From Gammaproteobacteria bacterium (GTDB lineage Bacteria > Pseudomonadota > Gammaproteobacteria > G965277405): 64,000 nt of DNA. The translations under genes and the position numbers were made by a program. The notes under the pieces were generated by a model. That model saw only the letters and a list, made by a program, of their open reading frames with translations. It made no database searches and was not told where the DNA came from. The stretch lies in contig OZ255726.1 in the NCBI GenBank assembly GCA_965277405.1, forward strand, positions 480,001-544,000, read 5' to 3'. Shown piece after piece: positions 30,272-39,910 of this stretch. Numbering within the stretch: position 1 is the first letter of the stretch; each line of letters starts with the position of its first letter.

Positions 30272-30962
30272 AATTATCAATGCCACCGGTGGATATGGTA
30301 AAACAACTATCATTCGAGATGTCTCGTTACAAGTTAAAACTGGAGAAGTGGTAGCACTGCTAGGTCGTAACGGTGTAGGTAAATCTACGTTGCTGCGCTT
30401 TGCTACGGCCCTGATTCAAGCAACATCTGGCGAAGTTGAAATTTGCGGGGTAACAGCTCCAGCCTCGCCAGTTAAACGAGCCCGCCTCGGGCTGGGCTAT
30501 GTACCACAAGGTCGGTTTGTATTTCCACGCATGACAGTCACAGAGAACATCGCGGTTGCCGCCGCTACGAACGGATTTGACGCCAATCAAACCGTCGCAG
30601 CGATGATGGCTGATTTTCCGCTGCTCGCCCCAAAGGCATCCGACTTGGCAGGTGGGCTATCTGGCGGACAACAACAGATTCTTGCCTTGGCCAGAGCACT
30701 GGCCATCCGTCCAAAGATATTGCTGTTGGATGAACCTACAGAAGGTGTGCAACCATCGATTATTGATGAAATGGCAACGATCTTAACAAGAATCAATCAA
30801 GAACGAAAAATCGCAATTTTGATAGCTGAGCAAAATCTTGACTTCTGTCTTGCGATTGCGCAACACGCTTACATCATGGAAAAAGGTTCGATTCGTATGG
30901 AAACAAACCGAGATAGCCTGCGCAAAGATAAAGCACTCCAACAACAATTGCTTGGGGTTTGA
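30264..30962 (+). CDS. ABC ATP-binding protein (UrtE/LivF-like)
   Basis: GRNGVGKST, YVPQGR, LSGGQQQ, LDEPTEGVQP. Confidence 0.9.
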   Translation: MLKIINATGGYGKTTIIRDVSLQVKTGEVVALLGRNGVGKSTLLRFATALIQATSGEVEICGVTAPASPVKRARLGLGYVPQGRFVFPRMTVTENIAVAAATNGFDANQTVAAMMADFPLLAPKASDLAGGLSGGQQQILALARALAIRPKILLLDEPTEGVQPSIIDEMATILTRINQERKIAILIAEQNLDFCLAIAQHAYIMEKGSIRMETNRDSLRKDKALQQQLLGV

Positions 30963-30981
30963 TATCAATATTGAGGTAAAA

Positions 30982-32400
30982 CTGATACGGGACCAAGAAC
31001 CTGCTCACCATTTTATACCCGAGGCATTTGATGCTGAAAAAAATGAAAGCTTAACCGAACAAATCACCGCTTTAGCCAATGAGACGAGCACGCCAACCTC
31101 ACTGTCTGAACGTGCGCTTGAACGTGCCATCCACTTTAAAAGCTTGAATGCTTTTGTCTCGCTTGAGGAGTCGGTTGTTCTTGCTCAGGCTGAAAAGGCA
31201 ACCATGAGACGAAAAAAGGGTAGACCCCTCAGCTTAATTGACGGCATTCCAATTGCCGTCAAGGACAACTACCTCACCAGAGACTATCCAACGACCGCAT
31301 GTTCTAATGCGGCACCTTTAGAATATACAGGAGTCGATGCAACAATTGTTGCAAATCTGCGCGCTGCAGGCGCAGTCATCTTTGCCAAAACCAACATGCA
31401 TGAATGGGCATACGGCGCCACCAACAATACGTCGAACATTGGTATCACGCGCAATCCCCATAATCCTGAGCACATCACAGGAGGAAGCAGCGGCGGTTCT
31501 GGTGCAGCTGTCGGTGCGGGTATTGTTGCTGCGGCATTGGGAAGTGATACTGGCGGCTCTGTGCGCATTCCGTCTGCAGCGTGTGGTATCTACGGATTCA
31601 AACCCAGCTACGGGCGGGCATCGCGCCACGGCGTGCTCCCGCTCAGTTGCTCGCTTGATGCTCCTGGACCGATGACTACGGCCTTGGCTGACATCATCCA
31701 CCTCCTTCCATATTTTTTTGGTGTTGATCCAAACGATGCATCGACGGCTCACACCCTTGATTTTAACCCTGTTGCCGCGATCAAAAAACCCAAACTGGTG
31801 AATTTGGTTGGTCCAGGATTGGAGCGATGTTGCGAAGTCGATCGAGCCATCGCAGCGGCTTTGTCTGGGTGTGATGTTGCTGTCGAGAATAGCGAACTGG
31901 CAAATATTGGTCATTATTTTGCAGCGTGGGACGTAATCCTGCACTGCGAGGCGTCTGCTTATCACAGCATTCTTATGAAGAAAAACCCCGCTGGTTTTTC
32001 TCCTGTAACTTTTGCTCATCTTGAGGCTGGGCTTAGATTGACAGCTGTTGAATTGCTAGCAGCCCAGAAACTGAGCGGTCATATGCTCAACGCACTGATC
32101 TCATCTCTGCCGACTTGGGACGCACTTATCCTCCCTACCCTGCCTGTGCCAGCCCCGCGTCATGGCGATGATTGGCAGGAATTTAGCGGTCGGAAAGTTA
32201 CAACACAAAATGCCATGACTTGGTTCTGTTGGCTTGGGAATCTGGCCGGGCTACCATGTCTGACAATTCCTGTAGCTAAATCCAAATCTGGATTACCGAT
32301 CGGTATGATGCTAATGGGCAGACTTGGACGTGACGAGGAATTATTAGCGCTCGTGAAAAAGATTGATGAAGATATAAATGGCAAAAGTGATGGGGAATAA
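30982..32400 (+). CDS. Amidase-signature family amidase (start codon uncertain)
   Basis: PIAVKDN, GGSSGGS and GSDTGGSVRIPS supply the Lys/Ser/Ser triad motifs. Confidence 0.85.
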   Translation: MIRDQEPAHHFIPEAFDAEKNESLTEQITALANETSTPTSLSERALERAIHFKSLNAFVSLEESVVLAQAEKATMRRKKGRPLSLIDGIPIAVKDNYLTRDYPTTACSNAAPLEYTGVDATIVANLRAAGAVIFAKTNMHEWAYGATNNTSNIGITRNPHNPEHITGGSSGGSGAAVGAGIVAAALGSDTGGSVRIPSAACGIYGFKPSYGRASRHGVLPLSCSLDAPGPMTTALADIIHLLPYFFGVDPNDASTAHTLDFNPVAAIKKPKLVNLVGPGLERCCEVDRAIAAALSGCDVAVENSELANIGHYFAAWDVILHCEASAYHSILMKKNPAGFSPVTFAHLEAGLRLTAVELLAAQKLSGHMLNALISSLPTWDALILPTLPVPAPRHGDDWQEFSGRKVTTQNAMTWFCWLGNLAGLPCLTIPVAKSKSGLPIGMMLMGRLGRDEELLALVKKIDEDINGKSDGE

Positions 32401-32437
32401 AACGGTAAAGATAGGCTGATACTGAAAAATTACACAG

Positions 32438-32743
32438 GAAACCTCTGATTAAGCCCATGACGGACGAGACGGAGCAAAAACGCTGATGATAACTATACGC
32501 AGTACTTGATAATACTGGTGGTCTTGTGGGTGTTGCCAAGTGCTGCAACGACGTTAGCGCAGCGTTTTTCCCCGTCCTTCTGTTGAATATACAATGGTTT
32601 GCTGCAATTGCTACGCTTGCTGTGTTGCATCCCTTGGCGTATATGCTACGGCATGCGCTTTGCGGTTTGCGCGCGGTCTGCGCCTTGCAATCATCAACAA
32701 TTGCCATCAAACTCGCTCCATCAGCGTCTTAATCAGAGCTTCC
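32438..32743 (-). mobile_element. Full-length MITE, inverted orientation
   Basis: Reverse complement of the 25718-26012 element; ends TTAATCAGAGCTTCC. Confidence 0.9.
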
Positions 32744-32747
32744 TTAG

Positions 32748-33984
32748 GGAAGCTCTGATTAAGACTCGCATATACTCCAATAACTCGCATATACTCCAAA
32801 AAAATAATAGCAATAATTTCAATGGTCAATATTTGACCATTTCGCAGATCTTCTGTTGCTGTTTTACTGTTTTTTACTGTTTTTTATTGTTTTTCTTGAA
32901 TTTTGGGCGGTTGTATCCTGTTAGTCGTCCGCGCAGCATGTATAAGTTCGTCAATGCCAGCAAAGAAAATACTTGTACTCGATTCTTTTCTAGTCCTTTG
33001 TAGCGAGCTTTCTGATAACCAAACTGACATTTGATTACCCGAAAACAGTGCTCAATCCGGGCGCGCACCTTAGAGTTCTGTGTATTGCGTTGGCGCTGCG
33101 AGCCGCTCATTTGCTGCTTTGGTTTACGTTTATCATTCACGCGCCAATCTATCCCAAGATGACGCGAGCCGCGTTTATAACTGTCGCGCGTATATCCTGC
33201 ATCGGCAAAGATAACCTTATCTGTTTCACGCAGCAATTTGGGGAGTTCATTGATGTCAGCTTCATTCGCGGCTGTGGTGGTAGGCCGCGGCTGTGGTGGT
33301 AGGCATTGCCGCGCTATGAATCATATTGCTATTAGCGTCAGTTCCTATATGAATCTTCATGCCAAAATACCACTGATTGCCTTTCCTTGTTTGATGCATT
33401 TCAGGATCCCGTTTTTTCTCTTTATTCTTCGTAGATGATGGCGCATTGATGGTCGTGGCATCAACCATTGTCCCTTGTGAGATTATTATATTATTTTCCA
33501 TACAATACTCATTCACGACAGCAAGTATCTTTACGCTGAGTTGATGTTTTTCTATGATCCTGCGGGCAAGTTCAAGATGGTAGTTTCATCAGGGATGGCA
33601 TCGTCTATCAGCTCTATATGGGCAAAACGCCGCATGCTTTCCATGTCATATAGTGCTTCTGCTACCCCTGGGTCTGATAAGTTGTACCATTGCTGTAAAA
33701 AATAAATGCGTAACATGGTCTGCATATTAATCGGTGGGCGACCATTCCCTTTCTTGGGATAATGCGGTTCTATTAACTCTAACAACCGTTGCCATGGAGC
33801 TAATTTGTCCATTAACTGCAAGAATTTTTCACGTTTTGTTGTTACTTTCTTGTGGTCGTATGCAGCACTGGCAAAAGTTGTTTGTTTCATAAGATTATCC
33901 GCTTATTCAAATATTCAAATAGATTCACCATTGTATATCTTTGTAGCTGATATTGCTGTTGTTTGGGACTTAATCAGAGATTCC
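32748..33984 (-). mobile_element. IS5-family insertion sequence with frameshifted transposase (copy A)
   Basis: TIRs GGAAGCTCTGATTAA / TTAATCAGAGATTCC; fragments MLRIYFLQQWYNLSD, VDAT, QWYFGMKIHIG, ADAGY, RARIEH split over 3 ORFs. Confidence 0.92.
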
Positions 33985-33988
33985 CTAA

Positions 33989-34273
33989 AGAAGCTCTGAT
34001 TAAGTCGCTGATGAAGCGAGTTTGCCTGCAATTGCTGATGATTGCAAGGCGCATTCCGCAGGCGCATGCCGTAGCATATACGCCAAGGGATGCAACACAG
34101 CAAGTACCGCTTGTAGGCAAACCATCATCTATTCAATAGAAGGCCGGGAAAAAACGCTGCGCTAACGTCGTTGCAGCACTTGATAATACCACCAGTATTA
34201 TCTGCGCACTGCGTCTAGTTATCATCAGCGTTTTTTCTCCGTCTCGCCCATCATGGACTTAATCAGAGCTTCC
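33989..34273 (+). mobile_element. Full-length MITE
   Basis: AGAAGCTCTGATTAA ... TTAATCAGAGCTTCC; internal sequence nearly identical to 25718. Confidence 0.9.
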
Positions 34274-34328
34274 TTAGTATACAAGCATAAAATTGAAGTA
34301 ATAAAACACTATATTGTGCATGTGCTAA

Positions 34329-35939
34329 GTGATACTCTGCCGCGTTTTTTATTTTGGATACACCATGCAAACCGCAATGCTCACCCGCCTCTATAAACGT
34401 TCACAAAGTATGAAGGCTGATGTGCTTTCTGGCTTTACTGTGGCATTGGCGCTGGTGCCAGAGGCGGTTGCTTTTGCGTTTATCGTTGGTGTAGAACCAC
34501 TTATTGGCTTATATGCTGCGTTTATAGTTGGCATCATTACCGCGGTAATCGGTGGCAGGCCTGGAATGATTTCTGGTGCGACAGGTGCATTAGCAGTCGT
34601 CATGGTCAGCCTCGTTGCCCTGCATGGCGTGGAATATTTATTTGCAACCGTTGTGTTGATGGGGGTTTTTCAAATACTGGCTGGTGTTTTCCGCCTTGGC
34701 AAGTTCATCCGCATGGTGCCGTATCCTGTTATGCTAGGTTTCGTCAATGGCTTGGCAATTGTGATTTTTATTGCACAATTAGGGCAGTTCAAAGTTGCAG
34801 ATACAAATGGGGTGCTGCAATGGTTGCAAGGCGAAGCGTTATACACAATGCTCGGGTTGGTAGTGCTGACGATGGCTATTATTCATTGGCTACCTAAGTT
34901 GACGCAAGTCATACCATCAACTCTCGCTGCAATTCTTGTTGTGACTGCAATCGTGGTTTTTGCAGATATCGATGTGGCTAGAAACGTTAAAGATGTGCTC
35001 GTCGATATGTCGAATAACCCAAATGCATCAATTGCAGGTGGGCTGCCTGCGTTTCACATTCCAATGGTTGCATTGAATGTCGACACTTTGCGCATTATCG
35101 TGCCGTATGCATTGATCCTCGCAGCAATTGGTTTAATTGAATCTCTGCTGACCTTGACGCTTATTGACGAAATTACAGAAACACGAGGGCGTGGCAATAA
35201 AGAATGCGTTGGACAAGGCGTTGCAAATGTGGTGACTGGATTTTTTGGTGGTATGGGTGGTTGTGCGATGATCGGCCAAAGCATAATAAATATTACCTCT
35301 GGAGGAGTGGGGCGTACCTCTGGTATTGCTGCTGCGTTATTTTTGTTGCTGTTTATTATTGTCGGCTCGAGTTGGATTGAAATCATTCCAATTGCAGCAC
35401 TTGTCGGGGTAATGTTGATTGTTGTTATTAGAACGTTCGAGTGGGCAAGTTTAAAAATGATACGAAAAATTCCACGCTCGGATTCAATCGTTGTCATCAC
35501 GGTAACTGTTGTTACGGTGATAAGCGATTTAGCGATTGCTGTTGTTGTCGGCGTTATTGTATCTGCATTAGTATTTGCTTGGAAGCAAGCGAAGCAAACG
35601 CGGGTTGACTCAGTATTAGAAAATAGTGGTAACCGTAAAATCTACCGCCCCAATGGGCCATTGTTTTTTGGTTCTATCCAAGCCTTTAGAGATAATTTCA
35701 CCCCGAAGCAAGACCCGCAAGAGGTCATTATTGATTTTCAAAATTGCCGGGTCATGGACCACTCAGGTATTGAAGTCATTGGTTCTTTAGTTAAGCGCTA
35801 TCAAAAACGCAAAATTGATATTCATCTGCGCCATCTCAGTATGGACTGCATTAAATTGCTTGACAAATCTGGTAATGTCGCAGAAATTAACCGATCTGAA
35901 GATCCTGACTATAAAGTTGCTCACGATGTGTTCGGTTAA
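34329..35939 (+). CDS. SulP/SLC26 family anion transporter with STAS domain
   Basis: ALALVPEAVAF, GGRPGMISGATGA, GGCAMIGQS, GPLFFGS; start may lie slightly downstream. Confidence 0.92.
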   Translation: MILCRVFYFGYTMQTAMLTRLYKRSQSMKADVLSGFTVALALVPEAVAFAFIVGVEPLIGLYAAFIVGIITAVIGGRPGMISGATGALAVVMVSLVALHGVEYLFATVVLMGVFQILAGVFRLGKFIRMVPYPVMLGFVNGLAIVIFIAQLGQFKVADTNGVLQWLQGEALYTMLGLVVLTMAIIHWLPKLTQVIPSTLAAILVVTAIVVFADIDVARNVKDVLVDMSNNPNASIAGGLPAFHIPMVALNVDTLRIIVPYALILAAIGLIESLLTLTLIDEITETRGRGNKECVGQGVANVVTGFFGGMGGCAMIGQSIINITSGGVGRTSGIAAALFLLLFIIVGSSWIEIIPIAALVGVMLIVVIRTFEWASLKMIRKIPRSDSIVVITVTVVTVISDLAIAVVVGVIVSALVFAWKQAKQTRVDSVLENSGNRKIYRPNGPLFFGSIQAFRDNFTPKQDPQEVIIDFQNCRVMDHSGIEVIGSLVKRYQKRKIDIHLRHLSMDCIKLLDKSGNVAEINRSEDPDYKVAHDVFG

Positions 35940-35976
35940 TGTATTTAATCAGCACTTGCCAAGTTAAATACAACAA

Positions 35977-36996
35977 CTACGAAAGATAGCTACGCGCTTG
36001 TGCTAACACTGACGTTATCACTTTAACACCACGTTGTTGCGACACTTCGCGATTTTTGAAGCGGCGGGCACTTGGTAGCCTTGTGCCAGGTTGGCTGAGT
36101 AGTTCTGCGAATAGTTTTTCTGCGCGAGCAGCAGAATCTGTGCTAAATGCACTTGGTTTGATGGCGATAACCAACTCACCGCCAAACGGAACACCAACAG
36201 CTGCGCTAGGTTGTTTTGTTGATTCAAAACTCAGCAAATCGCCAAGCAATGCACCTGCAAGCAATTCTACCATTAAGGCGATTGATGAGCCTTTATAACC
36301 ACCAAAAGGCAGTTGCGCACCTTGCAATGCTTGATCAGGGTCTGTGGTTGGATTACCTGCTTTGTCTATGGCCCAGCCCTTAGGCAATGGCTTTCCTTCA
36401 ATCTTGTGAAGCTGTATTGCACCTCTTGCCGCAACGCTTGATGCTTGGTCAAACACCAAAGGATGGGTATGAGCGCGCGGCCATGCAAAAGCCATGGGGT
36501 TGGTCCCATACAAAGGGCGCGTGCCACCTGCTGGGGCGACAAATGCATTGGCACATGTCCATGCTAACGCAACAAGTCCTTGTTCTGCTAACCACTCCAC
36601 CTCTGGCCATAACGCAGCAATATTAAAGGCATTATTGATTGCCAGCGCAGCAATACCCTGGCTTTGTGCTTTTTTAACAAGAACAGGCAATCCTATTGCT
36701 AGTGCATGTGGGCAGAAACCATTATTGGCATTGACTTGGATAACTGCAGGAGATGGCTGGTTGAGCGTCGCTTGCGCAGTAAGGTTGGCGAACTGCGCTG
36801 CTTTAATATAAAACGCAAGACGGAATAACCCGTGAGCAGCGCAGCCATCACGTTCGGCTTTGGTGATAGTCGTGGCAATTGGCTTGGCTTGCTGCGTTGC
36901 AAAGCCATGTGCAAGTAGGGCAGAGTTGGCAATGTCTTCGATATCTTTGAGTGCGATTGAGGTGTACTCAGTTGTCGTACTTTTCATATAACGCAC
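35977..36996 (-). CDS. Ldh_2 family NAD(P)-dependent oxidoreductase (ComC/DpkA-like)
   Basis: DGCAAHGL, GTNPMAFAWP, DQASS, PFGGYKGS. Confidence 0.88.
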   Translation of the reverse strand: MRYMKSTTTEYTSIALKDIEDIANSALLAHGFATQQAKPIATTITKAERDGCAAHGLFRLAFYIKAAQFANLTAQATLNQPSPAVIQVNANNGFCPHALAIGLPVLVKKAQSQGIAALAINNAFNIAALWPEVEWLAEQGLVALAWTCANAFVAPAGGTRPLYGTNPMAFAWPRAHTHPLVFDQASSVAARGAIQLHKIEGKPLPKGWAIDKAGNPTTDPDQALQGAQLPFGGYKGSSIALMVELLAGALLGDLLSFESTKQPSAAVGVPFGGELVIAIKPSAFSTDSAARAEKLFAELLSQPGTRLPSARRFKNREVSQQRGVKVITSVLAQARSYLS

Positions 36997-37022
36997 CTTG
37001 AGTTTTCATTAAATTGGCTGAG

Positions 37023-37074
37023 GGAAGCTCTTATTAACTTCATGATGGGCGAGACGGAATTAATCAGAGCATCC
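37023..37074. mobile_element. 52-bp mini-MITE with both terminal repeats
   Basis: GGAAGCTCTTATTAA-22 bp-TTAATCAGAGCATCC; spacer CATGATGGGCGAGACGG matches the MITE subterminal sequence. Confidence 0.8.
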
Positions 37075-38142
37075 CTAATCACCGCCAAGGCGGCGATAGC
37101 GCTGTGGGTTCATTCCTGTCCAATTTCTAAACGCGCGCGAGAACGACGAGAGTTCCGAATAGCCTAGACTATACGCAACTTCCGTCAACGGCAGATTTGC
37201 GTCGTTCATATAGTGTAAAGCTAATTCGTGACGAGCAGCTTTTACAATGTCAGTAAAATTGAGTCCGTGACTGCGTAGTTTCTTTTGCAGTGCGTGGTCA
37301 GAAATTCCCAGAACATTTGAAATTTCTTGCATCGTTGGTAGACGCGTTCCTAAATGCATCTTTATTTCGTTGCGTACAATTTGGGAGAAATCAACAGGGT
37401 TACTTTGTAACTTCAGCCGCCCTTGCAAAAATGCAGTAACAACCGCAAACAAATAAGGGTCTTGCTTAGGCATAATTGCATCTAAATCACGGTGACGAAA
37501 CCCAACTGCATTGGTGCGCCGACCGAAAACGATTGGCGCACCAAACAGCCGTTCGTGATCATTTATATTGTCTGGTTTTTCATGTTCGAACCGCACTTCT
37601 AAAGGACGCCAATTGTTGCCTAAGGCGGACTTAAATATATTACAAAACATCCCAAGAGAAAGTTCGGCGTCTTGTCTGCGGTCGACTATACGCGGGTCGA
37701 ATATTTTATAGCTTAGCCAAATAATCCCATCATCTGGTATCAGACCAAAGCTCGTCTGATTTTGATGGGCGGAAAAATACAACTCCATATTCCGCAGTGC
37801 CGCAGCAAGCGTTGGTGAGCTGATAGCAGTGTATCCCAACATCCCCAACTGTTTAGGTTGAAAGGAATTGCCGAAGTGCAGCCCAATGTTGTGGTTATGT
37901 GTGCTGTGTGATGCCAACTCAAACAAAGCGCAATACTGCGCCAAATTAACTTCTGCAACTGGTCCTGCTAAATCATTGACTCTAACACCAGCTGCTGCAA
38001 ATATTTTTTCAACATCGCCGCCATTGCGCGCAAACAGACCCACCGCACCATCTGCAGCTGCAGATAATATTTTTGAGGGAACCATATTATTGTTTGTGTT
38101 CATATATGTATTCCTGTTATCTACAACAAAATACAGCTGCAA
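37075..38142 (-). CDS. AraC family transcriptional regulator, divergent from the BMC operon
   Basis: C-terminal HTH LTEVAYSLGYSELSSFSRAFRNWTG; N-terminal ligand domain LGMLGY...SPTL; start may be 38103. Confidence 0.92.
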   Translation of the reverse strand: MQLYFVVDNRNTYMNTNNNMVPSKILSAAADGAVGLFARNGGDVEKIFAAAGVRVNDLAGPVAEVNLAQYCALFELASHSTHNHNIGLHFGNSFQPKQLGMLGYTAISSPTLAAALRNMELYFSAHQNQTSFGLIPDDGIIWLSYKIFDPRIVDRRQDAELSLGMFCNIFKSALGNNWRPLEVRFEHEKPDNINDHERLFGAPIVFGRRTNAVGFRHRDLDAIMPKQDPYLFAVVTAFLQGRLKLQSNPVDFSQIVRNEIKMHLGTRLPTMQEISNVLGISDHALQKKLRSHGLNFTDIVKAARHELALHYMNDANLPLTEVAYSLGYSELSSFSRAFRNWTGMNPQRYRRLGGD

Positions 38143-38272
38143 GTATGGTCTATTCTTTGCATTTTAGCAAATATTTTAGCGACTCTGGAAGATTTGCGCC
38201 GTGTTTACCATGCGCTGGAATTGGCAAACTGATTGACTCAAACCCCTACTCAAATCTCTGGAGTTATTGTAG

Positions 38273-38565
38273 GGAACCTCTGATTAACTCGCTGATGGAG
38301 CGAGGTTGCCTGCAATTGCTGATGATTGCAAGGCGCATTCCGCAGGCGTATGCCGTAGCATATACGCCAAGGGATGCAACACAGCAAGCGTAGCAATTGC
38401 CGCAAACCGTTATATATTCCAGAAGGACGGGAAAAAACGCTGCACTACTACAGCTAACATCGTTGCAGCACTTGATAATACCACCAGTATTATCTGCGCA
38501 CTGCGTCTAGTTATCATCAGCGTTTTTTCTCCGTCTCGCCCATCATGGACTTAATCAGAGGTTCC
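38273..38565 (+). mobile_element. Full-length MITE with perfect TIRs and 4-bp target duplication
   Basis: GTAG[GGAACCTCTGATTAA...TTAATCAGAGGTTCC]GTAG. Confidence 0.93.
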
Positions 38566-38700
38566 GTAGGGGTTATTCTGTTGTTAAACACACCAGTCCT
38601 GCGGTCAAGCAGACGCCTGTAGACGGCAGTATAATTTTCAAATAAAACTAGAATTGCAGCGAGAAATCGCGCGTTGAAGACACAACATAAGGGGGAAATT

Positions 38701-39834
38701 ATGAAACTATCACGCCGTCAGTTTTCCAGAAGCCTAGCCGCAGGAGCAGGCTTGGTAACGCTAGGGATGCCGTCAATCGGAGTTGCTAGCCGCAACGATC
38801 AACTAAACATTTTATGTTGGGAAGGTTATAATACCGACAGTTTACTTGACCCATTTAGGAAGGCCAACCCTGGCGCAACCGTCCGCGCTGAAAGCGGTAC
38901 TTCTGATCCAGACATGATCAACAAACTTCGAGCTGGTGAAGTCAACGTCTGGGATTTGATCAATATCAACCAGCCTTGGGCCAGGGAGCAACTGTATCCA
39001 GCGCAGCTGATTAAGCCGCTTAATAAAGAACGTTTCATGCCGCATTTCGAAAAAATGCTGCCAGAATTTTCAGCGCCCTACCCGCTCTCTTTCGCCGACG
39101 ATGGCAATTTAATTGGCATGCCGCAGCGCTACGGTCCATTTAGCTTTGTTGTGAACACCAACAAAATTAGTCGCAAGATGGCAGAAGACCAAGGCTGGAA
39201 TTTATTCTTAGACCCCAAGATGAGTAACCGCTACGGCATACTGACTTATGACAACTGGAATGTCATACATATGTGCCTGACGGCGGGTATTAACCCATTC
39301 AAGCCAGTCGATGCAGATGGTGAGGCAAAATTCAAAACCACAGCAGAGAAAATATTTGCAGGAGCCCAACTTCTGACAGACGACCTGGTAACCATGAACA
39401 CGGCGCTTATCAATGGTGAAATTGACGCGTATTTTACTGGCGGCACATATACAGCATCGCCTGCCCGTCTCGACGGTGCAAAAAATATTCGCGCTATTAC
39501 TCCAAAATCGGGTCCAGTTAATGGTAAGGGCGGCGTTGTTTGGGTTGAATTGACTTCACTGGTAAATAACCCCGATGCAACTAGCCTTGCAGAAGACTTT
39601 TTGGATTTCGTGCAGACGCCAGATAATTCAAAACTAGTCGCCTTTACCGAGGGCACTTATAACCCCGTTGCGCAAATGGGCAACCCCGAGGTTGTTGCTA
39701 AGTTTAGCGCGGATGAACTCGATGCTATCCAGATGGATAGCCTGAGCGATGACTTGAGTAGATCGCTGCAATATGACTCTGTGTCATCGTATGATGCACT
39801 GATCGACATTTATACCAAGGCGCGCCGCTCATAG
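38701..39834 (+). CDS. PotD/PotF-like ABC substrate-binding protein with Tat signal
   Basis: MKLSRRQF twin-arginine leader; LNILCWEGY; followed by PotA/B/C-like genes. Confidence 0.85.
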   Translation: MKLSRRQFSRSLAAGAGLVTLGMPSIGVASRNDQLNILCWEGYNTDSLLDPFRKANPGATVRAESGTSDPDMINKLRAGEVNVWDLININQPWAREQLYPAQLIKPLNKERFMPHFEKMLPEFSAPYPLSFADDGNLIGMPQRYGPFSFVVNTNKISRKMAEDQGWNLFLDPKMSNRYGILTYDNWNVIHMCLTAGINPFKPVDADGEAKFKTTAEKIFAGAQLLTDDLVTMNTALINGEIDAYFTGGTYTASPARLDGAKNIRAITPKSGPVNGKGGVVWVELTSLVNNPDATSLAEDFLDFVQTPDNSKLVAFTEGTYNPVAQMGNPEVVAKFSADELDAIQMDSLSDDLSRSLQYDSVSSYDALIDIYTKARRS

Positions 39835-39910
39835 GTTGCTGTCGTCGTCCATGAATAAGTCTGGTCTTTTTGGTTGGGGCTTGCAGAATTTTAGTGTCAG
39901 GGGGTCATAA

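Noticed and set aside
26296-30962. Naming the transporter urtABCDE
   Set aside because: No urease in the window, fused C-D architecture and a linked amidase; substrate unproven
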